A stretch of 63,315 nucleotides of DNA, filler included, from Kipferlia bialata (taxonomy: Eukaryota), in the NCBI GenBank assembly GCA_003568945.1. It is 4 parts of 4 records of this genome, joined end to end, with 100 filler letters (N's around TTAATTAATTAA, not from the genome) between each part and the next. Parts side by side here need not be neighbours in the genome. Positions count along the whole stretch, not along the records: positions 1 to 28,673 come from BDIP01000041.1; 3 more parts are not named here. One strand, written 5' to 3'. The position numbers and the translations under genes were made by a program. This document shows, in pieces, positions 1 through 10,293 of the stretch (positions are counted from its first letter, which is position 1; every line of letters starts with the position of its first letter). The notes beneath the pieces were generated by a model, which was not told where the DNA came from, ran no database searches, and worked only from the letters and a program-made list of their open reading frames with translations.

Positions 1-70
1 ATACTGATACTGATACTGATACTGATACTGATACTGATACTGATACTGATACTGCTACTGATACTGATAC
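1..70 (+). repeat. (ATACTG)n hexamer microsatellite in an intron, ending at a 3' splice site
   Basis: About 11.5 copies of ATACTG (one CTACTG variant), running into ...ctgataccccag|GCC. Confidence 0.95.
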
Positions 71-75
71 CCCAG

Positions 76-3000
76 GCCATCAGGTTCTGTGTGCCCTATG
101 CATCTGCTGGTACCGAGCCTGCTCCATTTGCGGCAGATGAGAGACACACTGAGACGGTATGAAAACCTTATCCACACTATCGCGCATGCACCCCAGTAGG
201 GTATAATCAACCATTAATTACTGAGATTGGTAGTGTCTTACCGTACTTTACCACACCGTAGCAGTACAGTCAATGATACCAGGAGTACCAGTACGTTGTG
301 ATGAAGTGCCCCAAGTTAGTGTTTGGATGGTCCATGAGCCCCTGTTGGGGACAGACAGGGGGCGGAGGGCCTCTGTACCAGGCCAGCAACAGAAACAGGT
401 GAGTCCTACTCCTACGGCGCGTAGAGTCAGTGGCGTCATAACTGTTTCTTTTTCTCTGACCTGCTCTCCCCCCAGCCTGTCTGGCCAGATGGAGATGGCC
501 GTGTCTGCATCCCTGGCCGCAGAGTGCGGCATAGCCTCTGAGGGGCACCCTCTTAGGGCAGGTACCTACAGCTGCAGTGCAGAGCTCCCAGAGGTGGAGG
601 CGGCAGTGCTGGCGGAGAGGCACACCAGACTGGAGACTGCCGCAAAGACAGTGGGCCAGACATACACTCCCCCTGCGCCTGTGTCTCCTGAGGGACCTGG
701 GGGTGCAGCGGGGAGGGGTATGTTCGGTGGAAAGGGAGGGAGAGGAGGCAGAGGGGGTAGAGGACGCTCCAGTGTGTCAGGTGGGTGGTACCCTGTATTG
801 TACTGTACTATGGCATTGTCTTGTACTCTTTGGCTCTCCATTGATACTGATGTCAAGTCGACCTCCATGTAAACAGCCGCACCTGCACCGATCTCTCTGC
901 GTTCTGTGTCTGCATCGGCATGACAGACCCTGCAACTGAACCCTTTGATCTGCTTCCCCCCTTCAGTCCCAAGTATGCGGCGGGACAGAGGTACACAGCC
1001 TCTGTATGTTGTATACTTTACTGTGTGTGAAATGTATCTGTGAGCAGTACAACGCACCCTTAATCCTCAGGACCCCCTTTGAAGTATCGTGTAGCATCAG
1101 CGCTGGTTCTGGGTCCTACTTCATGTCCAACATGAGGGCATACACCCTCAAGAGGGGCCAGGTAGTGGTGCCTGGCATGGACTGGACCAGACAGTCAGGT
1201 ACATGTAGAGCGAATCACATCCTTCCGCCATTTCTGTGTATGAGGTCACGATATTTGGTATAGTGTATGTGTAACAGAGCCTAATGTCAGGTGACTCCGA
1301 GGTCTCTGTGTTCAGTGGCCATGCCTCCATGACATTCACATGCAAGGTGGACGGGTGCCGCAAGACACAGGTAGGCCATACATGTGTATATTCATGAGTA
1401 TGTGCATAGATATTGCACTAACTTCATCACCAGTATCTAGTCTGTTATCTTGGTCTCTCCTCCTCTCTTACTCCTAGCTGACCTATGACGGCAATGGCCA
1501 GGTGACCCTGAGTGCCAATTCCAAGGAGGCAGTCAGAGCCATGGGGGCACTAGGTGAGAATAGAGTGGTTCTAGTACTACACTCAAGTACACTCACACTC
1601 ACAACCCCTCACACCCAGGTGTCAACACCAGTGCCTTCCCCCCCTCCACCTTCCCCCTGCTCTCTGGCAATGGGGCAGAGGGTGGGGTCAGCATGGAGTT
1701 CAGAGCATGTGGGGCTGAGGGTGCTGACCCAGCAGACATGTACCGCATACCCACATGGGACATGGTGGAGTCCAGGGTGCTAGGGGTAGACATGCAGACA
1801 CTCATGAGGCGCAGACAGGTGGGACAGGGGGTATAGACATGTTATAGTATGAAGAGAGTATTGGTCCATGTACACTGTATTCTGACCCCCAGCAGTGTGA
1901 GGCAGATGGCACCCCAGACCTCAGGGACCACTGTGTACACAAGGCACAGGCCATGGGAGAGGGTGCAGGCCAGGCTGGGATGTGCACACTCATGGGATCA
2001 GTGGGTGTACCCATGGGATACAAGGCAACGCCTAGGTGGGTGGTGTATCACTGTACTATATATATACTGATAAGTGTGTGTATGTATGCACTCTCTCTGA
2101 CCCAGCTGCATCGGCATTCCTCTCTTTGGTATGAGGAGTGTGCGTGTGTCAGGTGCCACTCTCCGCACCCTGCAACACAGTGACACACCCCTCCTGTCTA
2201 TCCTGGACCTTGACATGCACCTAGTCGATACAGAGTGGATGCAGGACACAGTGGGAAAGAAGCAGTACCAGCTCGAGCAGGTATCTGTCTTTGTATTTGT
2301 GTTGCGATTTTTTGTCTGTGTATTCGGCCTCATGTCAGGATGTTCAGGTGTCTCGCAACGGCATGACCCACGGGCCTGACAGTGAGCAGGCCCAGAAGGC
2401 CAAGCCTGTGCCTGTACGCATACCCGTTCGGGTGTGTCTGACAGACGACATGTCACAGCACGTTGGACACCCCATCGACATGGGAGGGGAAGGTGGGGGT
2501 ATTGAACTATGAACTCCACATCATGGAGTACTTTGGAGCCTGCTGCCTCTCACCCTCAGCCATCCCAGGGTCGGCGGGGTCCCCTCTCTTCATGCCGTTT
2601 ACTGTATCCAGCCTCCTCCGCCATGTGGGTGCTGTGCCCCAGGCTGAGTCTCCCTTCACCGACCTGTCATACGATAGGAGTGGGGTCTATGGGGACCTGA
2701 GCCTGGAGACACAGACCCTCTCCCTCACTCTACCCCTCTCTGCACCATTTGCAGGTGCCCCTTGGGAGGGAGAGAGGACGGTGGAGACCCGTGCGTCAGT
2801 GGGTGTGGTGCTGGCTGTCTCCCTGTCTGGTGACTGTACCTCACTGACCATCACCCTGAGGCCATCCTCTGCCCCTGAGGGTGTAGAGGCTGAGGCACAG
2901 TATGCACAGGCCAGGAAGGGCAAGACCAAGAAGTCCAAGAAGCAGCTCAAGCACGAGCAGAATGTCCAGAGAAACAGGTGGGGGTGGGTAGAGAGATAAG

Positions 3001-3354
3001 ATAGCACTCTTCTCTCTTCTCTTATGGCTGTACGTATACTCCATTCTAATTGTGTGGGCATGCCTTCTGTGTCTGACATGTAGGAAGAGGTACCACAGGG
3101 AGAGAGGCATCGACCCCGAGGACGACCTCAGGATCAGACACGACGATGAGAAGGCATCTGATGAGGTACAGGGGCAGGACGGCGGAATGTCTTAATATAG
3201 TATTGTGTATAGTATGGTATGATATATAGTGAATGGTTAGAGAGTCTGCGCGTCAGAGTAGCGATGTACACTACTGTAACCCCCTTCCGATGGCTGCTGA
3301 CCCCAGGAGACCACCAATGACATGGACGAGTACATGGAGGGGGAGGACTACTAG
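76..3354 (+). CDS. Multi-exon hypothetical protein, 5'-truncated; RGG-rich patch and charged C-terminus
   Basis: About 14 GT-AG-bounded exons splice in frame (AIRFCVPY.../EYQYVVMKCPK.../LSGQMEMA...GGKGGRGGRGGRG.../...KTKKSKKQLKHEQNVQRNR/KRYHRERGID.../ETTNDMDEYMEGEDY*). No family recognised. Confidence 0.75.
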
Positions 3355-3599
3355 GCTGGTGGGAAAAGGAGGATGCGGGAGCTATTCAAGAGTGCTCGTT
3401 AGATACAAATAGAGGGCATTGTCATGGAATGCTAGTCGCCCATAGTTACTATTCAGCCAGTTCATGTACTTAGATACAGAAGTCTATTTTGTGTCTCTTT
3501 CAGCTGGTGACATCGTTTACGTGACCAGACTATATAGTTCCGCATCACACCCTTGACTCAAGGGCCTTGAGGTTATCCATTTGATTGTCAGGAACCAAA

Positions 3600-3664
3600 A
3601 GCGTGTAGCGGTCATCATTCTAAGCGTGACGAACGCAAATGGGCACAAAGCTGCTCTTTTCAAG
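3600..3664 (+). promoter_or_regulatory. Conserved upstream motifs AGCGTGTAG and CTCTTTTC(A/G)A of the surface-protein triplet (also at 4664-4713 and 5701-5761)
   Basis: The same 9-mer lies 65-78 nt and a CTCTTTTC motif ~23-25 nt upstream of all three ATGs, while the rest of the spacers do not align by eye. Confidence 0.55.
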
Positions 3665-3677
3665 TCCGCTACACAGT

Positions 3678-4343
3678 ATGAATCACATTCTACTTGCTTT
3701 ACTGTGTGTCTGTGGCCTGTGTGTGGCTTCTTCCTCCTCTTCTGGCCTTGGAGGGCGTCTTACAGCCTCCTCCCCCACCCACACCAAGGATGAAGACATC
3801 ACGTGGTACACCTCGAGGTCAGGCAGCGTTACCCTAGGTGGTGACTCTGACTTCATGGGCCTCATCTGCCCTGGGATGAGCTCTGTGTCTGTGGCGATGA
3901 CAGTCTCCCTCATGAGCATGTACGACACAGGCGTAGACTATGAGCTGGAGATCGGCGAGGCATACGGTATCAACGCAGACGCCCACTACATCTCTGACGA
4001 CGCCGACATCCTGTATGAGTTTGAGGGTGACAACTTCCGTAGTATGGAGATGGTCTTTGAGATGCAGAGCGACTCCAACTGTATCGTTGTCGGGTACTGG
4101 AGTGACAGTGGGGTCACTCTTACACTCGACTATGGTGCCCCATCCTCTTCCAAGGGCACCGCATTCACAGTGGTAGTCGTGGTGGCAGTCCTGCTTCTCC
4201 TAGCCCTGCTTACTGTCTCCTACCTGCTACACAAGGCCAAGACCTCCAAGCAGGCCCCCGCCCTGGCCCCCCCCTCAGCCATGCACTTCAACCCCATCCA
4301 TCCCGCAGCCCCACAGCTGGCACCAGTGTATGTGCACCAGTAG
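3678..4343 (+). CDS. Type I membrane (surface) protein, paralogue 1
   Basis: Intronless ORF with signal peptide MNHILLALLCVCGLCVA, WYT...LICP...SNCIVV motifs shared with its neighbours, C-terminal TM (VVVVVAVLLLLALLTVSYLL) and Pro-rich tail. Confidence 0.85.
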   Translation: MNHILLALLCVCGLCVASSSSSGLGGRLTASSPTHTKDEDITWYTSRSGSVTLGGDSDFMGLICPGMSSVSVAMTVSLMSMYDTGVDYELEIGEAYGINADAHYISDDADILYEFEGDNFRSMEMVFEMQSDSNCIVVGYWSDSGVTLTLDYGAPSSSKGTAFTVVVVVAVLLLLALLTVSYLLHKAKTSKQAPALAPPSAMHFNPIHPAAPQLAPVYVHQ

Positions 4344-4728
4344 GGCTAGGTCTATACAGCTATACTGCAGAGAAAGACATGAGGGGGCAAGCTCCTAAAC
4401 AGCTCTAGTGTGAATAAACATAGTGTCCTGTTGCAAAGTGAATGTCACAAGACAAGTATGACCAGTGGTTACAAGAATCATAATCAGAAGAAATGAGTCT
4501 GGATAGCCTATTGATGAATGCACCAACCGCACACACTCTATTTATGGGCCTCCTACCAAAGCAGGTCTCACATTGAGTGATAGCTGGTCCCGTGCGCTCC
4601 ATATACTCTGATCAGATGTGTTCAACTGGTTAGTGAAAAAGGGTCCAGAAATTGTGTTTCCGTAGCGTGTAGGCCAACTTGTCAATGAAAAGCTGCCATT
4701 TGGCCTCTTTTCGACCGAATTTGACCAG

Positions 4729-5352
4729 ATGAAGCTGATTCTCTGCTGTCTGCTGTGTGTTTGCAGCCTGTGCATGGCCAATACCCTTGCCGACACCCGT
4801 GCCATGCTTGTGGAGGCTGCCACCAGCACCAAGGCACCCCACGAGGATGATGACGGCGTCATGTGGTACACCAACAGCTACGACGTCTTCACCCTGCCCG
4901 CCAACACCACCACCACGGCCCTGATCTGCCCCGACGCCAAGGCCGTGTCTCTGATCTTTGGTGTCACCGAGGTGGCCAAGGGGGAGGACTTTGACTACAG
5001 CCTCAGTGTGGGTGAGGTGTCTGGGGTGGTTGCCAAGACGTACAGCACGGCCGACGCAGAGATCATGTACACCTTCGAGACCAGCGACATCGACGACGCC
5101 GACGTGGGGTTTGAGCTGGAGAGCAAGGACAACTGCCTCGTGGTCATGGCCAGCAACGGGGAGGACGTGTCTGTGTCTGTCGAGTACACCAAGGCATCCA
5201 CCACCACAGTCATACTGGTCGTGGTGTCCGTGATAGCAGTCATCCTCCTCGGTGCTCTGGGTGCTCTGTGTTACATGCTGGTCAAGGCCAGGAGGGTGCC
5301 CAAGGCCAGTGCAACAGGGCCTCAGGAGGCACCAGTGACTACTACCCTCTAA
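4729..5352 (+). CDS. Type I membrane (surface) protein, paralogue 2
   Basis: Intronless; MKLILCCLLCVCSLCMA signal, WYT/LICP/KDNCLVV motifs, C-terminal TM. Confidence 0.85.
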   Translation: MKLILCCLLCVCSLCMANTLADTRAMLVEAATSTKAPHEDDDGVMWYTNSYDVFTLPANTTTTALICPDAKAVSLIFGVTEVAKGEDFDYSLSVGEVSGVVAKTYSTADAEIMYTFETSDIDDADVGFELESKDNCLVVMASNGEDVSVSVEYTKASTTTVILVVVSVIAVILLGALGALCYMLVKARRVPKASATGPQEAPVTTTL

Positions 5353-5774
5353 GCTCTCCAAGTCTCTCTGTTATGTCTCGTCGTCCTGATTCACGTCCAC
5401 ATGTGAACTATGAATAGAAGAAACTCTGTATCTGTGGCTGTGTATGCACTAATATGTGCAATATGAGGCATTTCCACGATATATATAGAATATGAAGGTC
5501 GTTTCCAGTTCATTGACGAACTGCGTGTAGGGTCCATTTCAAGCTCTAAGACACTACTAGGATATATTTTAGACTCGTACGAGGTCAAGTGTACTTAGGA
5601 GCGTGTCTCACCCACTCAAACTCTCGTTTTGTTTTAGTATTCGGGTGATTGCTGGACGTTGGGGTCCCAACAGCTAGACCCTTAGTGCAAATTTCTGTCA
5701 AGCGTGTAGAGGTTTCACGTCTAGAAACTTGTCATCAATGCCTCTGGCTTTCTCTTTTCGACCAGAAAGCCAGT

Positions 5775-6362
5775 ATGAAGCTCTTTCTGACATGTGTTCT
5801 GTGCCTGATTGGCCTGTGTGTTGCCACTTCCCCCCTTGATGCCTTTTCCAAGAAGGCTGAGATCGAGATTGAGTGGTACACGGACAAGTCCGGCTCCTTC
5901 ACCGTTCCTGGTGGCAACGAGGGCACCGTGATGTTCATTTGCCCTGGGACCAAGAGCGTGGCAGTGACATTCACCCCCATCAGCACGGGGGATGACGATA
6001 ACTACGTCATCACCCTGGGAGAGGTGACAGGGGTCGATGTAGATGCCAAGACAGTCTCTGAGGACACCGAGCTGATGTACAACATGAGCTCAGACGAGGT
6101 ATCTGGCCGTGAGATGGAGTTTGGCCTTGACGACAAGGACAACTGCCTGATGGTGGTATTCACATCTCAGGCCGACCTCTCTCTCTCCGTGGAGTATGGC
6201 AACGGTTCCACCACCCACATCTTCCGCAACCTCATGGTTGTGTTTGTCATCCTGCTGGTGGCTGCCATGGGTGTCGTGTATGCCCAGCTCGACAAGGCCA
6301 AGAAGCAGCACCAGCCCAACAAGCTGGCAGAGACCGAGACCAACAAGGTCCCTGCCGTGTAG
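5775..6362 (+). CDS. Type I membrane (surface) protein, paralogue 3
   Basis: Intronless; MKLFLTCVLCLIGLCVA signal, WYT/FICP/KDNCLMV motifs, C-terminal TM. Confidence 0.85.
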   Translation: MKLFLTCVLCLIGLCVATSPLDAFSKKAEIEIEWYTDKSGSFTVPGGNEGTVMFICPGTKSVAVTFTPISTGDDDNYVITLGEVTGVDVDAKTVSEDTELMYNMSSDEVSGREMEFGLDDKDNCLMVVFTSQADLSLSVEYGNGSTTHIFRNLMVVFVILLVAAMGVVYAQLDKAKKQHQPNKLAETETNKVPAV

Positions 6363-6771
6363 GGTGTTGAGTATTAACTGGAATAGACTGTCTTAAGTGT
6401 GCGCATGGGATTTCTGGTGAGTGTCTAACGCATTAATTGCCTAATGCCCTTAACATACAGTGGTATATTCTCTTCAGAATATCAACACTAAGCATAAATG
6501 CACAATGTGATGAAGAGGTGTTCCGTGTAGGCGACAGAAGAGACTCCAAATTTACAAATAGCATACTGTTACCAATTCATCTTCACACCAAGTTTCAAGC
6601 GTAACTCCACCATTCTGCTGAGTGGTAGAGCCAGTGACTTCTAGAGGATTTGTCACAGTGAATGACACACAGGAGTTGCACTCAACTAAACCCTTCGTAC
6701 AAAAATAGTACCTATTCATTATCGTGTCAGAACTGTGTTCTGTCAGGTGTATCCTCTCCTCAACTACTAGG

Positions 6772-7105
6772 ATGGCAGTGCCCTCTCGGCCGCCTGTAGC
6801 GGCACCTGCTGACACATGGTTCCAGTACCTCAACAAGGTGGCAAAAGAGACGGACTACTACCAGTATATTGCCACTGAGTATGAAGCCTTCTTTGCTATA
6901 CATCCCCAGTGCTACTTCTTCCACGTCATCCTGGCCCAGAAGGCCCACAAGGCAAGGGGGGTGGATGCAGCCCTTGCTGTATTCGATCGTGCTGTTCGTA
7001 TGTCTCCCTTTGACAGTGCCCTGTGGCAGGAGTATGTCAAGTATGCTGGGGAGCACAGACCCTGTCTGAAGACAGACCTGCTCAGACGGGCACTGGGAAG
7101 AGTAG
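6772..7105 (+). CDS. PRP39: Prp39-like HAT-repeat protein (U1 snRNP), first exon only
   Basis: W..YL...YEAFF..HPQCY...AVFDRAV..SP....LWQEYVKY...LLRRALGRVG matches the N-terminal HAT repeats of Prp39. Donor gtacgg at 7106; no continuation found after the poly-C run. Confidence 0.6.
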
Positions 7106-7282
7106 GTACGGATATTCATACTACTACTGGGCATATGTTGTCTATCCTCTATCCGCCCTTATTCCCTTGGGTCAGCTGCTGGATGATTTGTCACTTTCTC
7201 CTGGATTTGCCTACTACCTCTGCACTCTCTCTAATCTATGAAGCAACAGCCCAAAATGTTACCACACCAACTCCATCAACAT

Positions 7283-7349
<67 letters not shown>

Positions 7350-7529
7350 ATGACTGTCTTCTAACAGTAGTGGACATATTCCTCCTATATCGGTGTCCCC
7401 CGTCTCCATTGTCCCCTGTCTGCGTGTCTCTGGAGTAATCTCCTTCCCTCATGCATAGAGGGGAGTGGTGTTTAATAAACAGTGCATATATGTCAGTAAT
7501 TGAGCTCCATGTGGAGGCTAAGGATCACT

Positions 7530-7658
7530 GAAAAGGGGTCTAGCCAGTGTAAAAGGGGTCTGGAGTTCCAAAAAAGTCGCGCGATGTCGCGAGGGTGAAG
7601 TCGGCAACGTCGGGGCCGACGTCGCCGACGTTGCCGACGTCGTGCCTGCCCATCCCTA
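7530..7658 (-). mobile_element. Putative hAT-like DNA transposon end (TIR plus CpG-rich subterminal repeats)
   Basis: Reverse complement begins TAGGGATGGGCA at 7658, followed by GCCGACGTY 9-mers, a 14-bp inverted repeat (7600-7613/7625-7638) and AAAAGGGGTCT x2. Confidence 0.45.
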
Positions 7659-8730
7659 GTCCCAGCCCACAGGAGGGTGTATCAAGTGGCGATACACCAG
7701 CACTATTAGTACCCTCGCTCATCCTCTGTGCTCTACACAGAGTGTCCTTGTTTATATGTCTTCGCCAGTGGGTTTGGTTTGATTCTGGCGATGGGTGGTA
7801 GTATAGTAGAAAGGTGTGTATACTGTGGTGCGAAGAGGGGTTATGTCAACAGTGAAGACATCTTTCGGGAGTCCCGAATCGGGACGATAAGGGTGAGGGT
7901 ATACAGTTTCTCTTCAGGGTAGCACTCCTTCTCTAAGCCCAGTTCCTGGACAGCTAAGGTAGCCGCTATTGACTATATACTCAGAGGCAATACATATTAA
8001 TGACCTGTGTTCATATATGGTTGAGGGACATAGAGGCAGATTGAGGCAGAATCAGGACGCTGCAACTAGGGCTGTTCTCCTCTCTGCCACATAATCATCT
8101 GAATATACTTCCATTCGACAATTCTGAACTCGATGGAATATCGACCTAGCAAGGATGTAGCACTATGTCTGGGGGTAGACTGAGGTACAAAGATGGCTCA
8201 TGGCACAACCCCACTCCACTGAGTGAGAGTATGGAGAGAGTGGCCAGGGTGAGAGAAAGGCTTGAGAAGTGAGTGGATGGAGACTGGGACTGGAGAAATA
8301 GAGAGACATACAGTATATCACATACTCTTATCTACGTATGCATATTATGGAGTGAGTGGCCAGGGTGAGAGAGACGCTAGAGAGCTGAGTCGAGTGTGGT
8401 ACAAGAGAATAGACAGACGCACTGTTATTGTATCAATCTGATATATGAGAGATAATGCTGCATCAGAAATTCTGATTCAGAAACCATAATACAACAGGTT
8501 AATGTCTTCTTGACAACAACTCTATCGAAGAGTTAGTATCGATTGTAACATGAAATACATAGGGGGAACACAATGCATTCTATATGTGGAGATCGCCAAT
8601 TCAACCAAACAATAGGTGAGATACCTTCACTATATCTATTTGACCATCACCATCAATACACCCTCTTCTATGAGTATGTCACTCAACCACTGAGTCTCTC
8701 TCACACACCCTACTCTCTCTCTCAACCTCC

Positions 8731-8899
8731 TTACTCTGGCTGTGTCTCCCTGTTGGGCATCAGCTTGTGCACCATCTGGGACATGTGGCAGGTGCCTGAG
8801 GGGTTAGTCAGAGAACTATAGAGGTATAGTATAGAGGATAGGGAGAGAGAGAGAGACTGCGGCATCTGGGACATGCCTAGGATTAGTATATATATATAG

Positions 8900-8936
<37 letters not shown>

Positions 8937-9028
8937 TGTATACATATATATACCTACATAGATGTCCTGGGGTCATTTATGAATACAATGCGCCAATACA
9001 CAATTGATATACACATATATATACATAC

Positions 9029-9086
<58 letters not shown>

Positions 9087-10262
9087 GAGAGCGCTTGTGC
9101 ACCATCTGAGTTATGTGGCAGGTGCCTGAGTGATAAGTATAGATAACTAATATACACATGTACAAATATATAGAGAGACAGAACCACAAGTACACACTCA
9201 CCCATTGCCCCCATCTTGGCGAATGACTTTGCCAGTCTAGGATATATATATATATATATACATATATATATAGAGAGAGAGATATAGAGAGAGTGCCTAT
9301 CTATATACACATATATAAATCCACTCACCCATTGCCCCCATCTTGGCGAATGACTGTGCCAGTCTGAGGAAGTCACCGGCCTCGGCCTCCTCAAGGACCT
9401 GGGCCTGGGGGGTGGGTGGTTACACTAAGTATATATACAAATATGTGTAGAAAATGGATATATGTTATATATTCATCCTCAAGGACCTGGGACTGGGGTG
9501 AGGGTATACTTAGAACATATATGGATAGTATATAGTATAAAGTTTATATATATATTAATATAGTTGGTATATATATACATATACATATGCAAATTAGTAC
9601 AATACTTGACTAGTCCCTATATGCTCGAATGACTAAACAATAGTGTCTCTGGGTGTTAGTACACTCACCTTGAGGAACCACTTGAGGACACCCCGTATAT
9701 GTATATATATGAATATGTATATATATGAGTGTGGGTGCGGGTGCGGGTGTGTCTAAATGTACACTCACCTTAAGGAACCACTTGACCAGACCCCCGAAGA
9801 AGGGGTCCTTGGCCTGACCGGCTAGGTCGAGGGCCTCGACGTACATCCTATAGTTAGCTATATACATAAGCATACTGTACATATACTATAGTATATGTAC
9901 ATATTTGTATATATATATATACATCCTGTATAGCTATAACCGGCAAGGTCAAGGGCCTCGGCGTAAATCCTACGGGTTAGAAGCATATATATAGTGTATT
10001 GATCTAATTCTATATTGTCAACTATAGTATATGTATCAATAGCAAGGTCAAGGGCCTCGACATACATCCTATAGTTAGCATAATGCATATAATACATATA
10101 CTATAGACTAAACATATACTATACTATAGTATATGTACATATATGTATATACATACTCATCCAATATAGCTATGAGTTGCAAGGTCTAAGGCCTCGACGT
10201 ACATCCTACGGGTTAGTTATATACATACACCTATACTATGTTCTTATCATATACTATAGTAT

Positions 10263-10293
<31 letters not shown>

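Noticed and set aside
1..70. (ATACTG)n as a telomeric repeat
   Set aside because: It lies in an intron immediately before an in-frame exon, and no G-rich strand is present.
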